Assembly (NCBI GenBank): GCA_002269645.1
Contig: NIVC01000019.1
Location: 310,001 to 374,000 of the forward strand
Direction: 5' to 3'
Length of the DNA: 64,000 nucleotides
DNA from: Macrostomum lignano
Lineage: Eukaryota
Made by a program: the position numbers and the translations under genes. Positions within the stretch are counted from its first letter, which is position 1. Each line of letters opens with the position of its first letter. The notes under the pieces are model-generated. The model was not told where the DNA came from and ran no database searches. It saw only the letters and a list, made by a program, of their open reading frames with translations. Below are positions 37,201-49,072 of this stretch, one piece after another.

Positions 37201-37903
37201 ATTTTTGTTATAAAAAGAAATTTCTAATAAACTTGACACTTATCTCACGCAGCAACTATGACCGCCTGTGCTCCATCCTGGACCGCATGGAGCGTGAGAA
37301 CTGGGCCGGAGTCGGCACACAGCTGTTTAGGAGGATCCGCGACAGCCTTGAAGGCGCCGGTGACCATCTGTGCCCCTTCACCCCGGCTGAGGTCAACATC
37401 AGCAACCTCGCCATCGACCTGCCGAGCCTGCCGCCGCAGATGGGCATCCTCGACTCTGTGAGTTTCATAATTTACCGACTCATCCATCACATCCGGTACC
37501 TGCGATCATCCAGCACCCCCCTATCCGCAGTCATCCACAATACCCAGCACGCGTCGACCAGCACTCGTTCACGACATTCATCACACACCGACCCGCACTC
37601 ATTTACAGCATCCAGAACGCACAGCTGAACTCATCCACCCGCTTCATCAAGCACCCTTCAAGCCAAATTTCTGCTAGCTGGTACCATTGTTTCCAGCCCA
37701 ATGGTTGGGCTGTATGCATGAAGTAAATAAAAATAGAGCTCAACCTGCTCAGCAGTACAATTTACTGAGTACAATACTGAGTACAATCCTCAACTTTGAA
37801 ATTTCAGGGCCGGTACCGCGTCCGCGCCCAGCTGATCAACCGCGACTCCAACCGTCTGATGAGCTGCTTCGAGATCGAGTTCGAGATGCGCAAGGCCGAC
37901 TAA
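34257..37903 (+). CDS. GM2A: GM2-activator / ML-domain secreted lipid-binding protein, copy 1
   Basis: Exons 34257-34326, 34418-34613, 37253-37457 and 37808-37903 in frame. Signal peptide MKFLAVILAVCVVGSSA, FSFRRC, MPCPFNFGSF|CNYDRLCSIL, HLCPF, G|RYRVRAQL...LMSCFEIEF; Cys pattern matches the GM2AP family. Confidence 0.85.
34930..36660 (-). mobile_element. BEL/Pao LTR retrotransposon remnant in intron 2 of GM2A-like copy 1
   Basis: Minus-strand decayed peptidase-region motifs (VIMPTA; TFGSS..SDIVRFRI), then YVTNLPFKEGSREILPDNFNLAHRRL and QEQLQNGI.ESV. Polypurine tract GGGGGGGGAG (35173-35164) followed by an LTR-like start TGTGACGAC at 35163. The left boundary is approximate. Confidence 0.75.
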
Positions 37904-38149
37904 ACGAAGCGCAAATGCTGAAGTCCATATACTTTACTGAATTCACAAAATAAAATACGGTTGCTTAGCAACAAGTCTCGCTTGTATAGTCGGATCGAAG
38001 TGTAGCCGCTAAAACTTTCGGAATATATTTTTTAAATTGTCAACAAAATTTGACAGGGTTTCTGTTTGTTATCGAAACTTGCAGAAAAAATTGCAGATAG
38101 CAGGTAAAATCTCCAAAAGAGTTTCATTTTTGGGTTGGCATGGTCACGA

Positions 38150-38880
38150 GGTCGAGTTTATAAACAGTATTTAAACGAAACAAAACGCAGCCTCAATAAC
38201 CGGCAATAGTCTCTTCGATGCATATCTTCGCACGTGCATGCAATCGGACTTGTGTATTATATATATTATTTCATATAGAGACTCAAGACGATGCTTTTGG
38301 ACACTACCGCAAATCAAGGCGATAGTCAAACTCCCAGCCATACAACTTTTGCTGGTCCCTGGGCACAAGCAGCCTCCCGGATACGCAAACGGGGCACACA
38401 CATGGTCCTAACTTTCATGTCAATGTTCATGACAATTAATGTACACAATGTGACTCATCGGCTTGAATCAAACAAAAATGTCTACTGAGGCGTGCTCTGA
38501 AATAGAGCTAAATGATTTTGACTCGAGAGTTAATGTGTGGATTCTGACAGACTGAAATCCTTTTTATGCTCAAAGCGCCCCCAACACAAACTCCGAGCCG
38601 GGTAAATCTGTTCAACCCCGGCTTGGCCCCACCGCTGGCTGACAGCAGACCAGTCGGTCGGCAGGTGGATTCTGATCGCTGATTTATTTAAGAAACCTTT
38701 CTGGTACTTGCTGTCCCTCCGTAGCGAGTCAGAGCAATCTGAGCACTCTGACAGATCCATAGCTGCATGCAATCGGAGACCGCAGGGCTCTCAGTTCCAT
38801 GTAGCTACTAGACCAGAGCCATCGTATCCACCGCGGGTGCAAGGCATCAACACTGCGGTAGTGTAAAATGTACATGCAAA
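38150..38880 (+). pseudogene. Decayed partial duplicate of the membrane-protein gene at 42836-45290 (intron 1 end, exon 2 start, exon 3 start)
   Basis: Matches such as atctgttcaaccccggcttggcc and gtgcaaggcatcaacactg to 43515-44740. The exon 3 acceptor is mutated (cgcgg vs cgcag) and there are large deletions. Confidence 0.7.
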
Positions 38881-39555
38881 CTCAAGCAAACAGTACCAGT
38901 GTCTTGTGGTTGTGTGCGTAGAATCTTCAGAAAACAGTAAAAGTATCTGGTATGTGGCAACTCTTTTTCTATTAGAGAACGAATCCAAGTTAAAACAAAC
39001 TAGAGTGAATTAAGCATAGCCAGTATTCAACATGCACATTGTTACTATTCAACAACATTACTAGATATTTTTGCAGGACAATAAGGTACCTTAGGACTTG
39101 CCCCTGGAGACGAGAAAAAAACAAAGGAAAATCACGATCACCCTGTTGCGAGCGGGGAAGGACTGTCAGCCACGCCAAGCCGTCATGAATGCAACACAGT
39201 TGGATTGGGGTTTGAACTCGCGCGCAGACTTCAGCTTTCCCACAGAGGTCGCAGTATGGCTAACGGCATCGCGCCACCAGCCATTTGTGAGTGGCTCGTT
39301 CTGCTAAAAATAACAATACTTTTGCGTGCTAATTACGTGCGTCAGTCCTCATTGCGCGAGTGGTTCCACCCACCGCATTTTTCGATGCAATGAGTGGTTC
39401 GATCAAGGTACGTTTAGCTTATCTCGCCTCTGCAGGCTTCTCTGAAAGCATAAATACTGGCGCTAGCTGGAGCGCAAACTCGCTCACTCGGACCAGAGAC
39501 AGCTTAGGCTTAACCTATCCTCAGCTACAACCCACTTTATCGCCTCTCGAAGATA

Positions 39556-41178
39556 ATGAAGTTCCTAGCCGTGATTTTGGCTGTCTGCGTTGTCGGCAGC
39601 AGCGCGTTCAGCTTCCGTCGTTGCGGTGAGTTATCGTGACACAATTTATGACAAAATAAATATTCCGGTCTGACTTAATCAAACTTCACCTCCTCTCTGG
39701 ACTTCAAGGTGGCAACAATGACCTCGACGTTATCAGCGCCAACGTGAGGCCCGCCCTGATCAGCTTCCCCGGCCGATCCAGCGTCAGCTTCGCTGGCAAG
39801 GTCACCCGCAGCTTCAGCGACCTCGACCTGAAGCTGGAGGTCTTCCTGAAGTCTGCTGTCGGAGAGGTCAAGATCCCCTGCCTGTTCAACTTTGGCTCTT
39901 GGTAAGTCGGGGGGGGAGCCTCGGCTTAAAGATGTCCACCGATGCACTGTGGAGCCGCAGATGAACTCATCTCTTCTCTGGACTGTTTAGGGACTGCTAT
40001 AGTTAAAGGACTGCTAGAGCTTGGGGACTGTAAACCGAATGTGTCATCGTCTCCTATGCGACCTAGGTATCGGCAGCCACCGAAGTATCAAATACATAAT
40101 GATAAATATATTCGCAGCAGCTAGGCCACTGTGGCGCAGGGTCCTTTCGCCTTTGGCGAAATCGTCCCAAAAGTCCTAAAGTCAGTCCCTAAAGTCAGTG
40201 GTGACCAATTCTACCCTTTCCGCTGACCCCTGAGCACATACAAGCGCGCGGATGCTGTGCCTTTTTGATCGTCAGGGATGTACACTTTTTATCCTGAAGG
40301 TTGATCCTCATGGACGTGAATTGCAGGACGACACCCAGACCAGTAAAAATAACACCCAAGCCCTTAATAAATGGGGCTGCACACAGAATCGAACTAGGGG
40401 TTTGTGCGTTAGTTCTACTTTGCCCCCTCCAATTGGACCGATGTATGTTGTACATTAGATTACGGCGTCTTTGAAGTATCAAAGGGGTATAGCGGCGACA
40501 ATTCAAGCAACATACAACCACACAGGATATTTTGCTCTAAGAAATTACTAATAAACTTGACACTTACCTCACGCAGCAACTACGACCGCATGTGCTCTAT
40601 CCTGGACCGCATGGAGCGTGAGAACTGGGCCGGAGTCGGCACCCAGCTGTCCAGGGAGATTCGCAAGCTCATCGACAGCGTTGATGGCGCCGGTGACCGT
40701 CTGTGCCCCTTCACCCCGGCTGAGGTCAACGTGAGCAACCGCGCCATCGACCTGCCGAGACTGCCGCCGCTGCTGGCCACCATCGCCTCTGTGAGTTTCT
40801 GAATTCAGCGACTCAGCTATGACATGTGGCACCTGCACTCATCCAGCACCCACCGATTCTCAGTCATTCATGCATAATATCCAGTACGCGTCGACTTGCA
40901 CTCATTTACGCCATCCAGAACGCATCAGAATTTATCCGCCCGATCCATCAAGCACCCTTCAAGCCAAAATCCTCCTCCTTTCAGTAATTTGTTGGTTGGG
41001 TTTTACGCATGAACTTTACGCATGGGCACAGCCCAGCCTGCTTAGCATTAGTAGTACTAAATTCTCATCTTTGAAATTTCAGGGCCGGTACCGCGTCCGC
41101 GCCCAGCTGATCAACCGCGACTCCAACCGTCTGATGAGCTGCTTCGAGATTGAGTTCGAGATGCGCAAGGCCGACTAA
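39556..41178 (+). CDS. GM2A: GM2-activator / ML-domain secreted lipid-binding protein, copy 2
   Basis: Exons 39556-39625, 39709-39901, 40577-40790 and 41083-41178 in frame. Paralogue of copy 1 (IPCLFNFGS|CNYDRMCSIL); last exon nearly identical. Confidence 0.87.
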
Positions 41179-41732
41179 ACGAAGAGCAAATGCTGAAGTC
41201 CATATAGTTTACTGAATTCAAAAAATAAAATACGGTTGCTTAGCAACAAGTCTCACTTGGAGTCGGATCGAAGTGTAGCCGCAAAATCTTTTTGGACTTT
41301 GCTCTTTTCTTATTTTTTAAATTAGCGATGCAATTTGATAGTGTTTCGGTTCTTTAAGAACACCAGCATAAAATATTGCACATTCAGCAATAAAACTTCT
41401 AAAGAGTTTCATTTTTTTGGATTTGGTCACGCGCGTGCAGGTAAATCCACGGTCTGCGGAATTCCCACACACTGCATGCGACAGTCTATTCCCTCTACTG
41501 CATGAGGCTTCGCTTGTGGCTTACAAACCAAATGTCACGTCCTCAGTTCAACAAAAATGGCAAGTTTTTGTTGATTGAATATTTAACTCTTCGTGTAGGG
41601 GCTTATCGCCGTTCACGAATTTAAGGACTTGAGTGCTACATATTACGCTCTTACAGGTTCTAGCTAATATACGGTAAGTCTGCGTTCCCCAAAAAATTGT
41701 AAATTTGAACAGCAACAATGAGGGTTATCAAA

Positions 41733-42240
41733 ATGAAATGCTAGAAGCCCTCTTTCCGACCGTCTGCATTGCTGGTAGCGGCGATTTCGACTTCCGTCGT
41801 AAGCCCAGAAGTCACGAGCCGAGCAATACGCTCGTACTCAGTGGGGTTGTAATAGTCAAGGATGAAGTTATTTTTAAAAGTTCAAGTCGAGATCAAAGCC
41901 TAATGCTTGCCTTTCTCACATCTTGGTTCTAACATCTCACATACGGGCGTATTGAGCTCTGGCCCAAGTATTTCTTTTGAGCTCTCTCTTTGACCCACCA
42001 AATAGGCACTCCTCTTTTGAGCCCTTTGACTTAGCTATATTTGACTAATTATGAAATTACCTTGAGCCCTTGGCCGATTGAGTGATTTCCTTAGGGACAA
42101 TCTTTTTCCTAACTGGGCTGCAGGTGGAAACAATGAGTCCTGAACAAAATCAGCGCCATCAGTTTGCATGGCCGGTACAGCGTCAGCTTCGTTGGCATCG
42201 ACATCGACCTGAAGCCGGAGGTCTTCTTTAAAAGGCTGTT
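41733..42240 (+). pseudogene. GM2A-like copy 3, pseudogenic (exon 1 and exon 2 remnants only)
   Basis: 41733-41800 resembles exon 1 (LFPTVCIAGSGDFDFRR). 42124-42240 resembles exon 2 (GGNNE*...ISLHGRYSVSFVG-IDIDLKPEVFFK) with a stop and deletions. No exon 3 or 4 was found. Confidence 0.65.
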
Positions 42241-42835
42241 GTGAGCTGCTCATTATTTTAATTTGCGAGTTGATCTTCTGAATTCTTTTTGCGTGGTTTC
42301 TGTGCCTCGTTATCTAGTCACCTAATGACGTGTGCGTGAATATTCTAATTTCAGGTCTTCGAAGTCAGCAAACTTTTTCGCAATCAGTCGCTGTTTGATT
42401 GGGAGAATATTATGAAATAAAGCTCGTATGTATACTTCAAGTGTCATTAATGTGTATTTTAGAAATATTTTTGCCAAAGCATCGAATGGTACGAGTATAA
42501 AGTGCGGACTGTAGTGCAGTTTACACACGCAACGGTTTTGCCATGTTTTTATACGAAAAGAGGAATTACAAGGTTCAAACGCATCTGAGCACTCGCTGTC
42601 GGGTACATACATGTAGCTCGATGAAGTCAGACATCCGCGAGAACTATAAAACTACAACACGAGCTAGCTTCATGCGTGATCAAAGGCACAAAAATTTCAC
42701 AAAAACAAGCTGACTCGCTCTCTGTAGCATCCGGTTTTGGGTTACATGCCTAAGTACCACTATGCAAATGAAGACACAACATGCTAAAATAAAAGTAACC
42801 GACTGAAAAAGGCTTGTTGAGAAGAACAGAGAACG

Positions 42836-45290
42836 ATGCCTGCTGCAAGTCTAGTCGCTTCGGTGTCGCCGAAAGGCCAGGAAAGAGACGAGATCGTCCT
42901 GCTACTCGCCGGCTGCCTGTTCGCTCCTTTCACCTTGCTGGCCTGCCTCGCCCTCTTCCACTTGGCCGGCTGTCGCCGTGTTGACGACAACGATGAAGCA
43001 TCAGACGGCCCGTCGCGGAGCAGCTGCCAGAGAAAGGCGGTGCTTTTAGCCTGGCTGGCAGCGGCTGCAGCCCTGGCCGGAGCGGCAACCGGCTTCGGCG
43101 CTCTGCGCGACTGGCGATTCGAGGCGGCGCCTGGCGACCAGCTGGTGATGCGGCTGGGCAGCTGGGCCGGCCTGTGCGGCGCAGTGTCGCTGGATGTAGT
43201 GGCCCACGATACTCGTAACAGCCAGGTTTTAACGGACGGCGAAGGTAAGCGTGAAAGCATGTTGTTTGATTTCCTTTGGTAGCCATCAGTGACCTTAAAA
43301 ACTTATTTACCGGTACACGAGCTAAACTGATACAATGTATAGAGATGGCTGATCTAATTAGATGGATTTCTGAGTGATACATTACCAAGAAAAAAGTTGA
43401 TCGCTCTACCTTTGACTTTCAAATATTTAAAAAATTCATACAAAGACGACTGTGAATTGAATCTCATTACATCAAGTTTAAAAAGAACATTTAAACAAAG
43501 CAAAACGAAAGCACATTAACCGGCAATATCATCCATTCGATGCATCTTCAATGTGGGTTCTGGCTTCGCACGTACATGTGGTCGGATTGGGGAGTTACGT
43601 TGATTTTTCTCGTGTGATTTTTGTAGCCAAAATATTTAAATATAGACGCAATGCTAGGGGTTTGGAAACTACCGTAAATCAAGGCCGTGTCCGACCGCAA
43701 CCGCACACAACGACAGTCAACGCGCAGCCATGAAACTTTGCTGGGTCCTGGGCACAAGCAGCCTCACGTATACACAGACGGGGCACAGACACAAACACAC
43801 AGTCCTGACTTTTATTTTGCTAGACAGCTATTCAATTATTTCGACTCAAGAGTTTGGCGCGGTACGGTGTAATAAGGAAAGTTAAGACTTTAACGTAGAC
43901 TGAAATTGTACGACACCATTTTTTATATTCAAAGCGCTCTCGAGACCTCCAACGACGAGCCAGGTGGATCTGTTCAACCCCGGCTTGGCCACCGACCGCT
44001 GGCTGACAGAGCGGATCAATCGGTCAACAAGCGGCCTGATTAACAGCCCGGCAGTAGGGCCGCGACAGTCCGTGGACATCGCTTGGGAGCTGCCGGTGGC
44101 CGGGGCTGCCAGCAGCTTGACGGTGACTGCCACATTTAGGCACAGGCTGAGACTGCTGCTGCGCAGGAAGCTGGAGCTTCATCCACTGACTGCATCAGAC
44201 AGCGATGGCGGAGGATTTGCTCAAGACAAGCTGGAGTATGGCGAGCTGCTGCTGGCTGATGAGGTGAGAGAATTAAGGCACTGGAATCTGCTGATAGATT
44301 CCCTGTTGATGAGACTGAGCAAATTCAGCTTTAATTGCACACTCATGGGATTCTAGCTGTTGCTCACTTCTTTGAAAAGAGTCCTATAGTACTCGCTGCC
44401 AATCCATACATGCGCAACCTCGGGAATCACTCGGCCGTTTCTATTGGCAACACACACATGTAAGTCGCTATTGGCTGAGAGCAGTCACGTGACTACTATT
44501 CTGTCCAATAGCGACTTACGTGTGTGTGTGTGTATGTGTGCGTGTGTTGCCAATAGAAACGGCCGGGTAAATCCCTAGGTTGCGCCCAAGCATGTGCCAA
44601 TCCATAGCTAATCTGAGCACTCTCTGTCTGATCCATAACTACATGCAATCAGAGATACACAGTAGCTAATCAGAGCCACCTTATCCATCGCAGGTGCAAG
44701 GCATCAACACTGTGGCGGTGTACAATGTGAGTCAGTCGGGCACTTTAATAGTGCAGCTAACGTGTCTGGAAGACGCGCATCCGGTAACGCCAGCTCACAG
44801 TCGCAACAACTACGCCTTCTCAATCGGCCTGAACTCGGTGCGCTACGCAACTGACAGCCCAGCTCAGAGAATTAACTGCCACTTAGGCCAGCTGCCCTGC
44901 CTCATCGACAACCTGCCGGCCCAGTTCATATTGCAGATGGCTGAGGAGTCGCCAGTGACATCAGTCCAGCTGCACCCGAATCCGGGTAGGCGACACCATA
45001 TCGCCATGCGCTGCGAACGACGCTCGGCTCTGGTGGCAGCGGCGCCAGGCCTGCTAGCCGCGCTAGTGAGCGCGCCCTGCGCCCTGCTTCTGGCCGTCAA
45101 TGCCATGCTGGCTGCCCGCCAGTGCCAACTGCGGTTGCCTGGCTGTCAGCGAAGCCTACAGCTATGCGGTGATGACACTGATGAAGATGGCGGCAGGATA
45201 GCAGCAGTGGCACCAATGGAAGATAAAGTCAGAGTGAACAACAAAGGAAGAAATTTAAAGAGACTTGGCGTGCGATTTCAGCTAGACTAA
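42836..45290 (+). CDS. Uncharacterised multi-pass membrane protein (~444 aa), possibly claudin/PMP22-like with an expanded loop
   Basis: Exons 42836-43244, 43935-44263 and 44694-45290 join in frame (G|GTAAGC, GAG|GTGAGA, cgcag|GTG). Three hydrophobic segments; no family recognised with confidence. Confidence 0.65.
44409..44594. mobile_element. Foldback (long-TIR) MITE with 12-bp flanking direct repeat tgccaatccata
   Basis: Arm cggccgtttctattggcaacacacac..gtaagtcgctattgg is inverted against ccaatagcgacttac..tgtgttgccaatagaaacggccg. Direct repeats at 44397-44408 and 44595-44606. Confidence 0.8.
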
Positions 45291-46851
45291 CAAATAGCCA
45301 CTGCATTACCTAGGCTCTACAAGCATTCCTTAAAGAAGTAGTTCAAATATATTTAACTTTGCACTGAAGGTAGCTCAACATTTACCTATATCTATCTATT
45401 ATAATTACACTCATAGCACTTTAAAAATGATTTAGTATGTGGTACTAAATTTGTAGCTAACAAAAATCTCAAGTTATAAGAAATCACTAGTGCCTTGCAT
45501 ACACTTGCAAGAGGTCAGATTGCATTTAGCTTGTACACCATATGCAATATTGGACTAGGGAATGTTGCAAATATATGTCACATGGCATATGCTTTACATA
45601 TAGCAGATGATTGCCTATTAGACATATCACATATAACTATAGTAGATAGTTATATATGCACATGCAATCTCTAGGATTATACTAGCTATACAACTTAGTT
45701 TTATGACTTAACCAAAAACAAAATAGAAATAATCAATTCATAATCAATTTTTATCAAAAATAAAAATCATAAGTTATCAAATTTGCAACTTACCTTTGGT
45801 CTAGGCCTAGAAGGCCCTTAGCCAAGTTGGCTAGTAATTGCATATAGTGGAGATCATAGAAACAAAAATAACTGATCAAAATTTTATACCAATATGATAT
45901 ACCCTAATGCCAATAGAAATATTAGATCTAATAGCCTATAAAAGAGGGGGTAGCTATATATTTTTGTGAAAATGCATTTGGTCCCCTTTTGTTTTTTGGA
46001 CTCTGTCTAAAGAGGGTTCTCTGCCTAGGAGACTATGCATAGCAATTTCTATATAGATCAGGTCTACAATGAAAGAATAGCCTCATAAGCTTTACCATGC
46101 AACTGCAATAGATTATGCATCAATATAATAATAAGTATATATTATAATTTATTCATTATAATTCATTTTTTAATTTAATTTAATTCAGTATTCAATTTTA
46201 ATTTAATTCACTATATTTGACAATTGTCTCTTTTCATTTAATAAATTATTTTTTTCACTTGAAATAAAACAATTATATCATAAAATGACAGAAAACTATA
46301 AAAATAAGGTAGCAAAACCTTTGTAATATTAAAAAACTCTAAATGACTCAGAACTCAGAACAACAACCATTTATGGTTCAAATGTATAAGGCTCAAATGG
46401 GATATGATAGAAGTAAACAACTTTAAAGTTTCAATTTTATGGTTCCATTTAACTTATATATTTTAGTTCAGGTCAGTTAGAGGGAGTAATTGTATGCAAT
46501 CCAGAAGAGCATATTGCTAAAAAACATTAAAAGGGTAAATCTTATACCACATGAATCCTTTAAGATACAAATCAAATAAAGCTTGACTTGTACTAGGCCT
46601 ATATAGCTTGGAACTTTGCCTTATATTGTACCCATGTCCTTTTCATAAGGCCTGCTAAGCAATTAGTTATGAATTGTAGGCTTACTTGTTACTTGACTTA
46701 GTGCAGTTAAAGACTACTTAGCTACTAAATTGACCTGAAAGCCTTAGATATAGTTTTAAGCTATTTATTCTTATCACTACAAATCTTCTTTAAGCCTTAA
46801 TTTTGACTACATACAGTTATAATAAGTTCCTATTAGTTATATCATAGCCTA

Positions 46852-48404
46852 TGTAGATAAAATAATAGTTTAAAATAAACTATATTTAAATTGCAAAGAA
46901 AAGAAGCAAGTGGGCGCAGGGCCCAAAACAGTGTATTTATAACACTTTAACTTAAGTGTTAGGGGCTTGAATGCTAGTAATAAAGAGAGGGGTAGAGTGC
47001 ATGACTGAAGAGAAAAACAAGAATAGAGAGCCAATCAGAAGGCAGCAAGGGAAAGAGAGATAAAAATAACAAGATTGAACAAGACAGAGAGAATGAAAAC
47101 AGAGTAAACAGAGACAAGTGAAGATGAACTAAAGAATGACTAAGAAAGTTGCAACACTCCTTCCAAAAAATGGAACATTTTTTAATTCTTAAGTAGCAAT
47201 GGGGATTGTGAGTTAGGTTGAACTGAGTAGAGTTTTAATTGGACAACGAATTCAAACAGGTGTACAAGCATCAGAAAAGTCTAATACAATATCAATAGGA
47301 ATATGAAATGAAATTCCAAGCTACACAATTTTTGATTTCATGCAAAGTTGAAAGTTTTGACAAGTTAGACTTTGAAAAGAATAAATTGTTTTACAATTTA
47401 CACTATAGACTGAATAGACAGAATAGAGATGAGACTAAATAGACCTGCCCCCAACCCTTAAAAATTTGCAATTTTTAACAAAGACAACTGGTACATGTAC
47501 CAGAAAAGAATGTTAAAAATATTGTCAGTTGAATACAAGAGATGAGATGAGATGAGAATCAAGTTGATGAAAAGAACAACTGGAGATGACTAGAAACATT
47601 GACAAGGGAGGAGTGGAACTAAGTGAAGAAAATTTGACAAGAGACTAGTGAGATTGACTGCCAACACAGACTCCAAATATGTGACAATGGCCAGAGTTGA
47701 ATTGTGACTATGCTGCTAGTACTGCCTCCCAAAGATGAGATCAAAAGCTGAGTGAGAGGATATGCCCCTGGCCCAACTCCAAAGCAGAGACTGACAGCCC
47801 AAGTAGAGCAACAAATATGCCGCCAGCCCAACTCCAACTCCAAAAACAACAGTCCAAATTGAGATGGGAGAGACATTATGCAAAGAGTTGAGAACCTGTT
47901 CACAAAGTGACAAAAGGCAAAGAGAGGCTGGCAGATGAGAGGATTGAGAGTCTGGCAGACAGCAGACAAGGTGATTGAGCAACGATGATGGGACAACGAG
48001 ATAATGACAAGATGATACATAACAAACAAAGCCAGCCAGCCAAGCTGGCACTTAATAAACTAACTATATCTTAGGTTCTATTTTAGTTTGAGCGCCATGT
48101 AGAGAAAATAATAGTATAAAATAAATTATATTTAAATTGCAGAGATAAAAGAGAAGCAAGTGGGAGCAGGGCCCAAACTGATATATTTATAGCACTTTAA
48201 CTTAGGTCTTAGGGGCTTGAATACTAGTAATAAAGAGAGGGGTAGAGTTTGCGACTAAAGAGAAAGACAAGAACGGAGAGCCAATCAGAAGGCAGTGGGA
48301 AAGAGAGATAAGAATAACAAGATTGAACGAGACAAAGAATAAAAACAGAGTAAACAGAGACAAGTAAGGGTAAACTAAAGAAATGACTAAGAAAGTCATT
48401 AATA
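46852..48404 (-). mobile_element. Complete non-autonomous mini LTR retrotransposon (TRIM-like)
   Basis: LTRs of ~305 bp at 46852-47156 and 48098-48404; 5-bp TSD GCCTA at 46847-46851 and 48405-48409. On the minus strand, PBS-like TGGCGCTC directly follows the 5' LTR and purine-rich GGAAGGAG precedes the 3' LTR; the LTR contains TATAAATA. No gag/pol motif in the interior. Confidence 0.82.
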
Positions 48405-48686
48405 GCCTATTTTTGTACTACTTTGAGAATCTTTTTTTGTATTAGAAAGGTCTTAGAACTTAAATAATTTTCCATTTTTTCATATTGCAACTTTTTTATT
48501 TCAAATGAAAAAACTAATAAATGAAAAAGAAATTGCTATATATATAAGATTATAGATTTATATATAAATATAAAGAAATAAGCCTATATATTATATAATG
48601 TGTAGTATAATAAGCCTAACAAAATAATTATATTAAATATTGAATAGCATTAGTCATAGCTTGTCAAAAATAATTAATCAAGCTAT

Positions 48687-49072
48687 TAGAGGTCGGACAG
48701 GATCCCGATCCCGATCCCGAAATCTTGGGATCCCAAGGAAAATTGAATTCCCGCGGGACCAGAATCCCGACCCTAAAAAACTCGAGATTCGGGAACAGGT
48801 CTTTCAATTAATAATTTATAGAATTAGTGATTACTTGAAGGTATTTTGCTTTAACTTGTACTCGTTACATTATTTACTTTGTTGGTTACAAAACTTCATA
48901 TCAATTTCATTGTGTTTTACTTCTTGATCTTGACAATCTTTTCTCAATTTTGTTTAACTTTACATGGACAATACACTAAAAGACCTGATCCCGATTCCCG
49001 ATCCCGATCCCGAGAAAAAAATTATTCCCGATCCCGATCCCACCCAAAGATTTCAATCCCGTCCGACCTCTA
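48687..49072. mobile_element. hAT-superfamily MITE
   Basis: 17-bp TIR tagaggtcggacaggat / atcccgtccgacctcta (1 mismatch), perfect 8-bp TSD caagctat (48679-48686 and 49073-49080), subterminal atcccg repeats. Confidence 0.92.

Noticed and set aside
37855-37900. Hammerhead ribozyme core (CTGATGAG) in the last GM2A exon
   Set aside because: No properly placed GAAA or flanking stems; the sequence is explained as coding (RLMSC).
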